DNA of 15,640 nucleotides, from the NCBI GenBank assembly GCA_027001995.1, contig JALTLO010000146.1, positions 8,107 to 23,746 of the forward strand, written 5' to 3'. This DNA is from Planctomycetota bacterium. GTDB taxonomy: Bacteria; Planctomycetota; GCA-002687715; DRQF01. The notes below the pieces were generated by a model. That model was not told the DNA's origin, searched no databases, and worked only from the letters and a program-made list of their open reading frames with translations. The translations under genes were made by a program, and so were the position numbers. Each line of letters starts with the position of its first letter. The first letter of the stretch is position 1. Below are positions 1-9,300 of this stretch, in pieces.

Positions 1-415
1 GAATGGCATATGCTCCGTTGCTATGTGCTGCCCAGAGATCAGTGGCATTCCCAAGCACCTCTTCTGTCCGGTTGTTGAAGTTGTTCCCAAAAGAGCCGAC
101 TTGACTCTTGAATTCGAAGACCGCGACAAGCCGATTGTTGTGGATAACAAGAGCATCCCAATTCTTTGTTGGGCGAAAGTACCCGGGAATTGTGAGATTT
201 GTACGCCCCCTCGTAAGGATGGACTCCGGTGGAAGCCCGCAGTGAATCGCAACGCGCTCAACAACCTCGATGAACCCGTCGAGGTTTTTTCCGCCAATCA
301 CATTCCCTCTTGAACCCTCTTGAGTTTCGGATCCTCTTGATCGGGTGGCCCAGAATGTCTTGATCGCGTCAGAAACGAGACCTGGGAATCCTTTCGGAAG
401 GAGCTCAACAGCCAT
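1..415 (-). CDS. PaeR7I/XhoI-family type II restriction endonuclease, N-terminal part (runs off left edge)
   Basis: Not in the ORF track. Manual translation from ATG at 415 gives MAVELLPKGF...GGKNLDGF...TIPGYFRPTKNWDALV...FEFKSQVGSFGNNFNNRTEEVLGNATDLW. The GYFRPTKxWD and ExKSQVGSFGNNFNNRTEE motifs are typical of XhoI/PaeR7I endonucleases. Overlaps the MTase stop by 11 bp. Confidence 0.92.
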   Translation of the reverse strand, partial: MAVELLPKGFPGLVSDAIKTFWATRSRGSETQEGSRGNVIGGKNLDGFIEVVERVAIHCGLPPESILTRGRTNLTIPGYFRPTKNWDALVIHNNRLVAVFEFKSQVGSFGNNFNNRTEEVLGNATDLWAAHSNGAYAI

Positions 416-2168
416 TCTTCTTCTCCACTGTCGCTTCTCTTGCGGCCCGTGCGACAATTTCGCGATCTGATTTCGACAATCCATAAACCCGAAACACGAC
501 ATCGTCGATTTCAGCCCGGCTTCTTGCCGCCACTCTTTTCAGCCCTTTAACTGCATTACGGTCCAAGCTGCTAAACATCGGGACGCAAATTCGTCGCAGG
601 TTCTGGGCCTGAAACCGTAGAAAGCCACCATTCATGCGAACCGAATATGCACCAATGAAAAGCAACGCGATGGAAGATCGAAGAATGGCCTGTAGAGCGA
701 CCAGATCCCAAGTCTCTGAACAAATCCAATAGAGATTGTGGTGCGGATAGAATTCTCCCTTGTCGAAGGCAACCGTCGCACTGCCCTTAATATCAGGAAT
801 GAGCAACTTCGGCGTTGAAACCAACTGGGGGTAAATGCGGTCAATTGTCTTGTACCACCGTTCCTTGTTCTTCTTCGCTACATGACGGCGTCGCAGCCGA
901 TCCTCATTTGCCAGCATATAGTTCGCAAACAGTGGATAGTCCTGAAAGGACGCAAGACTGCCATCTTCTTGGAATGGATTGACCACACCTTTGCCCCCCC
1001 ACTCAATCGTGGCCCCGACGATATCACCGGGCGTTGCGAGTGGTAGCTTCCTCTCACTCTCAACTGGAAGGGAATCAAACGCGCCAACGTACACCTTATC
1101 AGCACCGCTTGCGACACCGATCCCAACCTTGCAACCAGCATTCTCTAATGTCGGAAAGGTAGCTTCCAGCGAACGGATTAGGCGAATTCGTGCTGGATCA
1201 TCGAGGAGCCACGGGTCGCTCCCACGAACGATATTTGAGATTTCCTCGACTGGAGGGGTAGGATTCGCGCGAGTGCGAAAACCGGCAGCAATCCTCTTCA
1301 AGTTCTTCGCGGTCACATTCTTGGTTTTTGCAACCCGCGTTCGCCGGGAACTTTGGGGAGTGTTTCGCCCCAAGATTGTAATTGCCGGGTAAGCGATGAC
1401 CTCGGAATGAAAGGCGTCAGCACCTTCTAAGTCGAGGTGGAAGAGAAGTTGAAAACCTTGATCAACTTTGAGCCTCAGTTTTCGCCCGTATTTGTTTTTT
1501 GTCCAACGATTCGCGCAAATAAACCCAAGGCGACCATTGTCGCGAAGAAGATTGAGGCCGCGCTCAATGAAGGGAACATAGAGGTCTGCTCTGTCGTAGA
1601 TTGTTTCATACTGACTCCGATACTCGGCTAACAGCGCCTTTGGGATACGCTCTTGGCGCACATAGGGCGGGTTTCCTACGACGGTGTCAAAATCACCTGA
1701 AATGGTGGTCAGCAAAAAATCGTCACATCGAAGCCATTTGTCCGCCAAGAAGCCCGAGATATGAACCGACATTCCGTATTCCCGCAGCTTCTTGATGACT
1801 GCTGCTCGTACCAGCTCGAAGTGATTTCTGTTGAGTTCAACGCCACAGAAACAAGACTCAAGTTCAACCTTGATTTCAGCGTTGCTCTTCTTCGCCTTGC
1901 TGTAAGACTTGAGCATTCGCTGAAGAGCCAAGAGCAAGAAATCTCCCCGGCCGAACGATGGCTCAAGTAGCCGTTTCTTCCATAGGGCTTTCCCTGCATT
2001 GTAGCCCGCCAAATCCAAGACCGAGTCCACGACTTCACGTTTTGTGAAGACTGCGCCACGATCTGATTCGGATGAAAGTGCCATGGTCTCGACGGCGGCT
2101 TGAACCTCCACGGTTCTGAGACCATCAAATGACAATTGTTGCTCCATGCGACTCCAATCGCGTCCCAT
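405..2168 (-). CDS. N6-adenine DNA methyltransferase, gamma class (Eco57I/TaqI-like, M.PaeR7I type)
   Basis: Motif I LLEPSFGRGDF, motif IV VVGNPPYVRQE, ADLYVPFIERGL, and a C-terminal TaqI-like target-recognition region (KLLIPDIKG...YPHHNLY). The true start is probably ATG 2147 (MEQQLSF), which has GGAG just upstream. Confidence 0.93.
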   Translation of the reverse strand: MGRDWSRMEQQLSFDGLRTVEVQAAVETMALSSESDRGAVFTKREVVDSVLDLAGYNAGKALWKKRLLEPSFGRGDFLLLALQRMLKSYSKAKKSNAEIKVELESCFCGVELNRNHFELVRAAVIKKLREYGMSVHISGFLADKWLRCDDFLLTTISGDFDTVVGNPPYVRQERIPKALLAEYRSQYETIYDRADLYVPFIERGLNLLRDNGRLGFICANRWTKNKYGRKLRLKVDQGFQLLFHLDLEGADAFHSEVIAYPAITILGRNTPQSSRRTRVAKTKNVTAKNLKRIAAGFRTRANPTPPVEEISNIVRGSDPWLLDDPARIRLIRSLEATFPTLENAGCKVGIGVASGADKVYVGAFDSLPVESERKLPLATPGDIVGATIEWGGKGVVNPFQEDGSLASFQDYPLFANYMLANEDRLRRRHVAKKNKERWYKTIDRIYPQLVSTPKLLIPDIKGSATVAFDKGEFYPHHNLYWICSETWDLVALQAILRSSIALLFIGAYSVRMNGGFLRFQAQNLRRICVPMFSSLDRNAVKGLKRVAARSRAEIDDVVFRVYGLSKSDREIVARAAREATVEKKNGC

Positions 2169-2463
2169 GCTTCTCGTGCATCAAGTCGGCCCAATTGCCG
2201 AGGCCCGGCGGTCTTACTCGAAGCTGTTGGTTTACAGGAAGAGAGCGACAACGACCCGGAAAGGTATCACGGTGCCGAAACCCTCCGGCGGAAGAAGCGA
2301 CGCTCTCGTTCCCTACATACTAATTTGGGTGGAGGACGGCCAGAACTCTAACCGGTCACTTCGGATTGAGCCATTTGAGACCAGCGATCTAACGGAGTGA
2401 CGCTGAGGTACATCGACAAGTGAGGACACTCCACCAGTTGGCGTGGCTGTTTTTCCCACCTAA

Positions 2464-2580
2464 GAGAGACTGGCGCTGTGGTTTTCGTAGAAGGCATTTA
2501 GCACCACGCCCTTCTACTAATTACTACACTTGAGACCCCATATGGGGGGTGCGGATTGATTTCCACTCGCGAGTGGAAAT
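2464..2580. repeat. Copy 1 of a ~117-bp direct repeat ending in a 22-bp perfect palindrome (2559-2580)
   Basis: gagagactggc...ttttcgta...gcatttagc...ctac...ttactacac...atatggggggtgcggattgATTTCCACTCGCGAGTGGAAAT. About 10 mismatches to copy 3 by manual alignment. Confidence 0.95.
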
Positions 2581-2828
2581 GGCGATCGAGGGTAAAATGA
2601 TAGTGATTCGAATGACGCTGGGAACGATCTGATTCTCGGTTCGAACGCCACAATCGCGGTCAAATCACCCTGCGCATCGACTGCTTGGATTCCAATCCGT
2701 CTTTCCAGGACATTCGCGGCCCGTTTGCCTCCAATAATTGGCACATTGGCCAAATCATTCTCGAAATCTCGCAGTGCCCCCAGCCTAATCGCGGCGATCT
2801 CCTTGTCGTCGATACGTCGGATCTCTGC

Positions 2829-5800
2829 TCAATCGCCCAATAATCGGACATACCTCCTGTCTTGCGCGAGAGATGGATCCAATTCGCGAATTCGACTGAG
2901 ACACCTGTCGAGGTCATGGGGCCAGTCGCCACGCTCGCCGTCCAAGACCCTGGAGAGGAGATCCAGGAGAAGACCAGGGTCGCTTTCGAGGACGTTGTAT
3001 CCTTCGTCGCTCCGAAGGAAATGGAGGTCGAGATACTCGTTTTTCAATGCCACTAAATGTGGGAGAATCGCCTCCAGAAGGTCCTTGGAATTGCAACGCC
3101 CATCAAGTGCCAGCGTGACCAAACCAAGAGTTGTCCGGCTTGACCGAAGCTTTTTCTGCTTCGGCCATACATCAGAAAATAGACGTGGCATGGCCCCTTT
3201 CCAACCGACGCCTTGGGTCTCACCCTCCCTGGCGGCCCATTGCCAAAGCCAATTCAACGCAGCAACTCGAACAGATTCGTCAGAATTCGCCAGCGCTTGA
3301 CGGAGCTCGGCGTCCTCCATCAATTGCCCCCCTTCGTCTTTGGAGATCCATCCGATGAGCAAGAATCGGCTCAACCGCCCCACAAATTCTCGGCTTGTCG
3401 GTTCTTCGGTGTCGATGAGAGACAAGACCCTCGGCTTCAACCTCCCATATAGATCTTTCGTGATATCGCCAGAACCGGCCAGCAATCCAATCCACAACGC
3501 CAATTCGTGATCAGCATCAAAGGATGGCTTCCTGCAAAGGAGATTCTCCTTCACCCACTCGCAATCTCTTGAGTAGAGAAACGAACAACGAATGGCAAAG
3601 GCTGAAAGTGCCATCAGACCTACTTGCCCTTGACGTCCCAAGAGGGCACCCGCAAGCCTCACCCACCCTTCTTCTAACCTATCTCCGTGTTGTTTGCGGC
3701 AAACTCGATCATCCATGAACAAGATGTCTACGAGCTGTCCAACTCGCCCATGGTGGGCAACATGACCCCACTCCGGGTCACGAACAGCCCGCGAGAGCAT
3801 CTGGTCGCTATATTCATCATGAGCGTCAAAGTTCTGGATCATATGAAGAATAAGATCGTCGACTTGCTCGCAATGGACAGTCCCCAACGACGGCAATACC
3901 ATTTTCAGCCAGTATAAGATGTCAACCACGCTGAGGCTGATGTTGACAGCAGGAAAAGTCAGCAACCGTCCTATGATTGCCTGCTTCATTCTTGCGCTGT
4001 CTGACTTTCGATTCTCTTGACTCAAGAAAGTTCGCCAAAACTGTTGTGGGAAGCTCCCTTTCTTGGCGGCCATTCCAAGAATGATCAATGCTCGCGCGGG
4101 CCGATCAATGCAAAGTCCTTTGAATGGAAAATACTCCAAGAGAAAGTCGTCTGGCGATCTCTTTCGCCCGGCGACCTCTAGAACATCTCCAAGTGGCAAT
4201 TGGAGCAACAATTGATGATCCGTGTCTTCCGAGACTACGCCACCATGTGTTCTATTACCGCTATCCGCGGAGTCAGCGAATTCGTCCTGCCAGTCCTCGA
4301 CTCTGAGCGATAGCTCCTTTTTTCGCGCAACCCACTTTGGCCCCATGGCACATCCATTTCTCTCAAGCCAAGTGACACACGACAAAACATCCCATGCGGC
4401 ACGTTCAAGTTCTCTCTTTTCGAAATCAAGAGAGTCCACTTGGGGTCCAGAAAGCAACCGCACGATTAGCCTCTCACGGCTCTTGTCAGAAAACTGGGTC
4501 CAACGGGCCTTCAATGCACGGAGAAGCTCGGAGCGGGCGCTTGGCAGCCAGAACAGCCTGTCATCGACTTTTTGGATCAGGCGATAGAGTGAATGCGCAC
4601 TGTGCGTTTGAAAACTCCCGTGCCACCAGAGACTCAGACGAAAGAACAAGCCACTATCTTCATTCGGCCATTGCCTGACCTCCTGCTTCAATGCGCTTGG
4701 ATCACTCAGAGACAGGCGTTCGAGTAGGCTCATGAAGAGTCTCAAGAAACTCGGAAGGCTGCGACTATCGGAGTAATCTGAACTTTCACCGCCGATAGCA
4801 TCCAGCAACAGCATCGCATGGCCACCGAGTTGAGATTCCAGAATGACTGCTCGCTCAAGCTGGAATCGCAACAAACGAGTCACCAATGCGAGTTGATCGT
4901 CCGGTACTTCAAGGCGATCGTGTAGCCTGGGATACTCAACGGTGAAATCTGAATGAACCCCAGCTCCCTCGCCAGATTGCGTGCCAGGTGGGATAGTTCC
5001 TCTGACGCTCAATTGGTCTATTCTCAGGCGAGGAGACATGCACTCCACAAAACGCCGGGAGTCGGACTCAGTCCATTCTCGCTGTCTGATCGAATCCACA
5101 AATTGATGAACCTCAAGTGAAGAGTCGACGTGGGCATGCCTCCAACTTTCAAACACCCGCTGCCAAGACTCGAACAAATCTGCAGGCATCTCCTTTGCAT
5201 GAATTCGAACCTCATTTTCGATGCAATGCCTTAAGCGAATATGCACATTTCTTTGTTTCTTCGCCCACCATAGGGTGGCGGGCTGGTTGGCTACCCGACC
5301 GATCCAACGTGCAAGTGAATCGAGCCGATTCGAGAGCGGTGATTCTTCGCCATCTCGACTTGTCCGAAATCGAGAAACACGTGAAGAAGAAGATTGAGAT
5401 TTTGCCTCTATGTCAGAATCAAATGCCGACCATATTTCGGCCTGCCCGCCACTCGAATGTACATTCCTCGGGTTCTGCGCTGGGGCCCTGCATTCAGCGT
5501 CAAGGCCGAAACGCTGAATTAGATCCACGGTGTCAACGTATTGAAACTTCTCATAGATTCTTTGAGGTTCGGCAAATCGACACCGTGGATCAAAAGTGCA
5601 CAGCCAATCCGACGGCGATGGAGTCACGAGACCAGCAAACAGTTGAGCGCCTTTCTCTGTTGAGACCAGATGGGCAACCTGCCCACGCTCAAATGGCTGA
5701 AGCAGGCTTGGCGCACGTTGCGAAAGGATGGCGGTTTCTTCATACCAACCGTGAACATCGTCCGCCCTTGTTGCCCAACGCTCAAGTGTGTCCCAGAGGC

Positions 5801-6629
5801 GACGATGATTCTCTTCCGGCGAATACGAAATCTCACAAACGCCCCTTTGCCCCCATTTGCTTTCTTCGCCATCGTCGCGACCAGGGTGGAAAACATAAAT
5901 GCCATTCTTTCGATCTCGGCTTCGTAGGGCTTCAAGCAAGTACCTTACCGGCGGATCATCGGCACCGTAGCCGACGAAAACGACTACAAAATGTTCAAGA
6001 ACGTCCTTGAGAAACCTTGTCGCCCAGCCGTCAGCCAAATATGCCCGTCCAAATGTCGAGCTTGAAAGAACGAATTTGTCATGAGCTCCTCGGTCATTAG
6101 GGCCCATTCGACCGTGCAAGTAAACAATGCCATCTAACCAGCCCTCATCAAGTGGATTGGGAAGCAAGGGAGGCTCCCAGGACTTTTCGCAGCCAGCCTT
6201 TTCGAAGAGGAGATCGAAATTCGTCGTGACCAACTGAACTTTCCCTAAGTTACTCTTGGAAAGTCTCAGGAGGATTTCGTGTGCTCTTAGGTCAACATCA
6301 TCTGGGATTTCCAAACATTCGCGCACGGCTTCTCCAATATCCGAGGGAGAAAAATCCCGTTCAAATAGGCCAAACACCTGGTCTGCTGAGACTATGCCCC
6401 TGACGCCAACGCGATCATCAACCTTGGGGATCTCCGCAATGAGACGCCTCGCGGGCGAATCCTGTCGATCACCGAGCCGATCCGCAACAGAAGTTGCAAG
6501 CTTCAAGAAATCAGGTAAGCCAGCGAAGGCTTTTGAAACACCTGCGCCACAGACAAAGACGACTTCTCCCCTATCTCGTGCGACTAAGAGTTCATCGGGA
6601 ATCGAGGGGCCGTCTTTAAGAAATCGCAT
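2829..6629 (-). CDS. SIR2-domain protein, Dsr1-like defence-associated sirtuin (putative anti-phage NADase)
   Basis: N-terminus MRFLKDGPSIPDELL..RDRGEVVFVCGAGVS..AGLPDF with SIR2 motifs VTTNFDLLFE, VYLHG and FVGYGADDPPVRY, then a ~950-aa C-terminal region. SD-like AGGTGG before the ATG. The Dsr1 assignment rests on recalled N-terminal similarity and size. Confidence 0.85.
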   Translation of the reverse strand: MRFLKDGPSIPDELLVARDRGEVVFVCGAGVSKAFAGLPDFLKLATSVADRLGDRQDSPARRLIAEIPKVDDRVGVRGIVSADQVFGLFERDFSPSDIGEAVRECLEIPDDVDLRAHEILLRLSKSNLGKVQLVTTNFDLLFEKAGCEKSWEPPLLPNPLDEGWLDGIVYLHGRMGPNDRGAHDKFVLSSSTFGRAYLADGWATRFLKDVLEHFVVVFVGYGADDPPVRYLLEALRSRDRKNGIYVFHPGRDDGEESKWGQRGVCEISYSPEENHRRLWDTLERWATRADDVHGWYEETAILSQRAPSLLQPFERGQVAHLVSTEKGAQLFAGLVTPSPSDWLCTFDPRCRFAEPQRIYEKFQYVDTVDLIQRFGLDAECRAPAQNPRNVHSSGGQAEIWSAFDSDIEAKSQSSSSRVSRFRTSRDGEESPLSNRLDSLARWIGRVANQPATLWWAKKQRNVHIRLRHCIENEVRIHAKEMPADLFESWQRVFESWRHAHVDSSLEVHQFVDSIRQREWTESDSRRFVECMSPRLRIDQLSVRGTIPPGTQSGEGAGVHSDFTVEYPRLHDRLEVPDDQLALVTRLLRFQLERAVILESQLGGHAMLLLDAIGGESSDYSDSRSLPSFLRLFMSLLERLSLSDPSALKQEVRQWPNEDSGLFFRLSLWWHGSFQTHSAHSLYRLIQKVDDRLFWLPSARSELLRALKARWTQFSDKSRERLIVRLLSGPQVDSLDFEKRELERAAWDVLSCVTWLERNGCAMGPKWVARKKELSLRVEDWQDEFADSADSGNRTHGGVVSEDTDHQLLLQLPLGDVLEVAGRKRSPDDFLLEYFPFKGLCIDRPARALIILGMAAKKGSFPQQFWRTFLSQENRKSDSARMKQAIIGRLLTFPAVNISLSVVDILYWLKMVLPSLGTVHCEQVDDLILHMIQNFDAHDEYSDQMLSRAVRDPEWGHVAHHGRVGQLVDILFMDDRVCRKQHGDRLEEGWVRLAGALLGRQGQVGLMALSAFAIRCSFLYSRDCEWVKENLLCRKPSFDADHELALWIGLLAGSGDITKDLYGRLKPRVLSLIDTEEPTSREFVGRLSRFLLIGWISKDEGGQLMEDAELRQALANSDESVRVAALNWLWQWAAREGETQGVGWKGAMPRLFSDVWPKQKKLRSSRTTLGLVTLALDGRCNSKDLLEAILPHLVALKNEYLDLHFLRSDEGYNVLESDPGLLLDLLSRVLDGERGDWPHDLDRCLSRIRELDPSLAQDRRYVRLLGD

Positions 6630-7115
6630 TCCACCTGCTCCTATATGATCGCCCCAAGGCTACCATTTTGTTGAGTCGATAGAATTTGGCATTTGTTGTG
6701 GAGCGTGTCGACCGTGAAGCGAGATCTGATCATGAGCGCTCAAAGACAGTCATCATGAATCGACGAGGCATCGCCCTCAGGCGGCAAGATTGCGAAAAGG
6801 GCCCACCGGTGCCCCATTTGTGAGATCTGCCAAACAGTGTCTTGGGAGTTGAGGCCTTGGAGTTGCCAGCCTTCACGAACTGTGTGAAGTTCGACCACCG
6901 GGGATGCCAAGAGTAAGACTTGTCATTTCATCAAGTCAAACCCGTAGAGTCGATGAAATACGGCTTAGGGATCCATGCTCTGGTCACATCGCGCATATCC
7001 CACTGTCCGCTTCGTCCTGGGAACCGACGCCGCTGGCAAATTTGCGTGATTGCGATTTCGTCCAGCGAGAAATGGAACACTCTTCCTATTTGAGCAGAAT
7101 CCTTGTCCATTCACA

Positions 7116-7267
7116 GAGAGACCGGCACTGTAGTTTTCGTAAAGGGCATTTAGCGCCACCTCCCTCTACTTATTACTACACATGAAACGCCATATACCAG
7201 GGACGGATTCCGTCGATCTGTAACTGCTGGTCATCCAAGAGGGGTATTTCCACTCGCGAGTGGAAAT
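7116..7267. repeat. Copy 2 of the direct repeat, with a ~35-bp insertion before the palindrome (palindrome 7246-7267)
   Basis: gagagaccggcactgtagttttcgtaaagggcatttagcgccacc...ttactacac, then ATTTCCACTCGCGAGTGGAAAT. Followed by gRcgatcgagg as in copy 1. Confidence 0.93.
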
Positions 7268-7344
7268 GACGATCGAGGTGATATTTTTGGGATTTCACGG
7301 GCTCAAGTCCTGGTAGAAACCTTGCGCGATGTGGACGCTCACCA

Positions 7345-7794
7345 TTAGAGCTTTAGTCGCCCAAGGTATGTTGGAAGTTGGCGCATACTCTCGCGGTTTT
7401 CCCGTCTTCTTCGACGCTGGGATAGTCGTTTCGGTTGGCCCACCGCTCTCTTGGCAGCCTTACAAATTGGGCAACGAACACTGAAGCCAGCTTTCTTCAT
7501 AGACCGCCCCTTTTCCTTGCTCACGATGCGGCCACAACGCCTGCAGAAAAGCGAAACGTCAGGAATCGGCTGGGTCAATTCCAGAATTCTTGGGCGCGCT
7601 TCTTCGGAGCAAATGTTCTTACATTTTCGGCATGTTCGATGGCGTATCGGTCGTTTCCTTTTGTGGCAAATCCAGCATTGTCGAAGCAACGCCGGCATTT
7701 TCTCCGCCGGTGTCCAGGGAAACGTTAAGCTTCCTTTCTCGAAGAGGCGGTGCGCGATGTCCTTGGGTTTGATGTCTTTTCTTGTCCTAGGCAA
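7345..7794 (-). CDS. Hypothetical basic protein with four CxxC motifs (double zinc-ribbon-like)
   Basis: CWIC, CRKC, CRRC and CPIC motifs; very K/R-rich. The start is uncertain (TTG, no clear SD). Confidence 0.5.
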   Translation of the reverse strand: MPRTRKDIKPKDIAHRLFEKGSLTFPWTPAEKMPALLRQCWICHKRKRPIRHRTCRKCKNICSEEARPRILELTQPIPDVSLFCRRCGRIVSKEKGRSMKKAGFSVRCPICKAAKRAVGQPKRLSQRRRRRENRESMRQLPTYLGRLKL

Positions 7795-8238
7795 TGCAGC
7801 CCGAACCTACCGGTGCTTAAGGTTCAGCGCCGCAGCTTGTCTGGTCTTTTCTTTTTTTTCTTCTTCTTCTTTTTTTGTTTCGACAACCGGGATCGACTGT
7901 GTGGACATAACTCCGGGCAAGTTCCGGCACAGCTCCCCCTTACCCCCGCGAAGACGCGGGGCAAAGAAGCGGTGCCCACTCCACGAATTCTCCGTGCTGA
8001 GCCCCGACACACGCTCGCGGACATGACGCCCACGTAACCAGGATTCAATTAGCCTCTGCCCTGGTACGAAGTGTGTATTCGCGTTCCCGCAGAGAAAGAG
8101 GCACATTTCTGTGCCGTCTCATCTTTGAATAGGCAGATACGACTTTGCGAAGTGATTTTTTTGGCGCGAATTTGGCGAATTCTTGAAAATGAGGTCTGAT
8201 TCCTCATCGTTTCAGAAGCGAGTGGCCTATGGAATGGT

Positions 8239-8496
8239 ATGAAAAACATTATTTGCATCATTTGCCACCGCCCTGGCACCACGTCACTTCCCATTCCGAT
8301 TTGTGATTCCTGCTGCGAGCATTTCGAACTTCCTGCACTCACCACACTCTTAAGTGTTGGAACGGAGAACTTAGAATGGGGAGATGGACTTTGTCCAAAG
8401 TGTGGGGCGAGATTCGTCAAAGGACTTGGACGACGGAGTAGGCGTTTGGATCGATTGGTAACCAATTGCATAATTTGCGCTTCTCAAAAGAAATGA
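8239..8496 (+). CDS. Small hypothetical protein with four CxxC motifs (double zinc-ribbon-like)
   Basis: ATG start preceded by GGAATGGT. CIIC, CDSC, CPKC and CIIC motifs in 85 aa. Confidence 0.6.
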   Translation: MKNIICIICHRPGTTSLPIPICDSCCEHFELPALTTLLSVGTENLEWGDGLCPKCGARFVKGLGRRSRRLDRLVTNCIICASQKK

Positions 8497-8611
8497 CGAC
8501 GCTCTTAGACAACACTGCCAGTGGAATTCAAAGTGCCTGCATCGAACCTGTCGTGGTCACATGCCAGGGGTCATTCCAGCCGCAGCTCGATATTCCAGCG
8601 GGCAGAACGCC

Positions 8612-8926
8612 CTAGACAAACCCCTCATCTACGAGGCGGCTGCACTCGGAAGTTATCTCGTGGCGCTGACCGGAACCACTCGATACTCGTGACCAACTTT
8701 CCGAAATCAGTACTGCCTCGTCGCCTCCAGTTTCAAACCAATACGAAAATCCGCCAGTCATGCCGGGAATGTCAAGCCAGCCTTCATTCCCAGCAACGGA
8801 GACTTGGGACAATTCTGGTAGCTCAACGCCATGCGTATCGACCAGGTCGCCGACCCGTTCTCGGATAACTGCGTGAAAACGATTTCGAATGGATGTCAAA
8901 GTTTCTTGGGGGATATCTTCGATCAT
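8612..8926 (-). CDS. Conserved hypothetical protein (stand-alone domain recalled from C-termini of some ankyrin-annotated proteins)
   Basis: SD GAAGGAAG before the ATG. Motif WLDIPGMTGGFSY...LISESWSRVSSGSGQRHEIT...LVDEGFV. Confidence 0.75.
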   Translation of the reverse strand: MIEDIPQETLTSIRNRFHAVIRERVGDLVDTHGVELPELSQVSVAGNEGWLDIPGMTGGFSYWFETGGDEAVLISESWSRVSSGSGQRHEITSECSRLVDEGFV

Positions 8927-9300
8927 GTTGCTTCCTTCGCTCGTGGCAAAGAGGGTCCTTGCTTACTTCCTCAGGGTCAGTGGCATTTGGCATTGGAAAA
9001 AGAACGCCGTGGTTTGCCCCACAGACACTTCGTCACCCCATCTGACTCTTGGGGCCCGACAAACGCTTTGACGCGATCGCAGGCCCCTTAAACGCCTTCT
9101 AACGAGTCGCCGGCCTCCTGGAACGAACGCCGAGTTCAGTACGTTAGACTACCCCCTCTATTTTCGCTTTGCTCTCAGCTCAATGCAAGGAGGGAATTCG
9201 GGCAGAGCTTCAGCATGAAGGGAATTCACCGGCACAGCATCAAAGCGATCCGTGAGCTTCCCGTCGAGCGCGCGAGAGAGAGGAATCCCTGCCCTCCTAG

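Noticed and set aside
2517..2828. Open frame continuing ~100 codons past the SIR2 stop (read-through or separate ORF)
   Set aside because: No SD or recognisable motif, and it runs into the repeat. The SIR2 protein already has a plausible full length.
5117..6010. 297-aa plus-strand ORF and other ORFs antisense to the MTase, SIR2 and operon genes
   Set aside because: Shadow ORFs opposite well-supported genes, with no motifs.
6965..7159. ORFs 6965-7159, 6904-7185 and 9351-9533 overlapping the repeats
   Set aside because: The frames are not preserved between copies. The shared peptide FPLASGNQSAPP simply reflects the DNA repeat.
9190..9245. Imperfect tandem duplication agggaattc..ggcaSagc
   Set aside because: Only two short degenerate units, with no functional inference possible.
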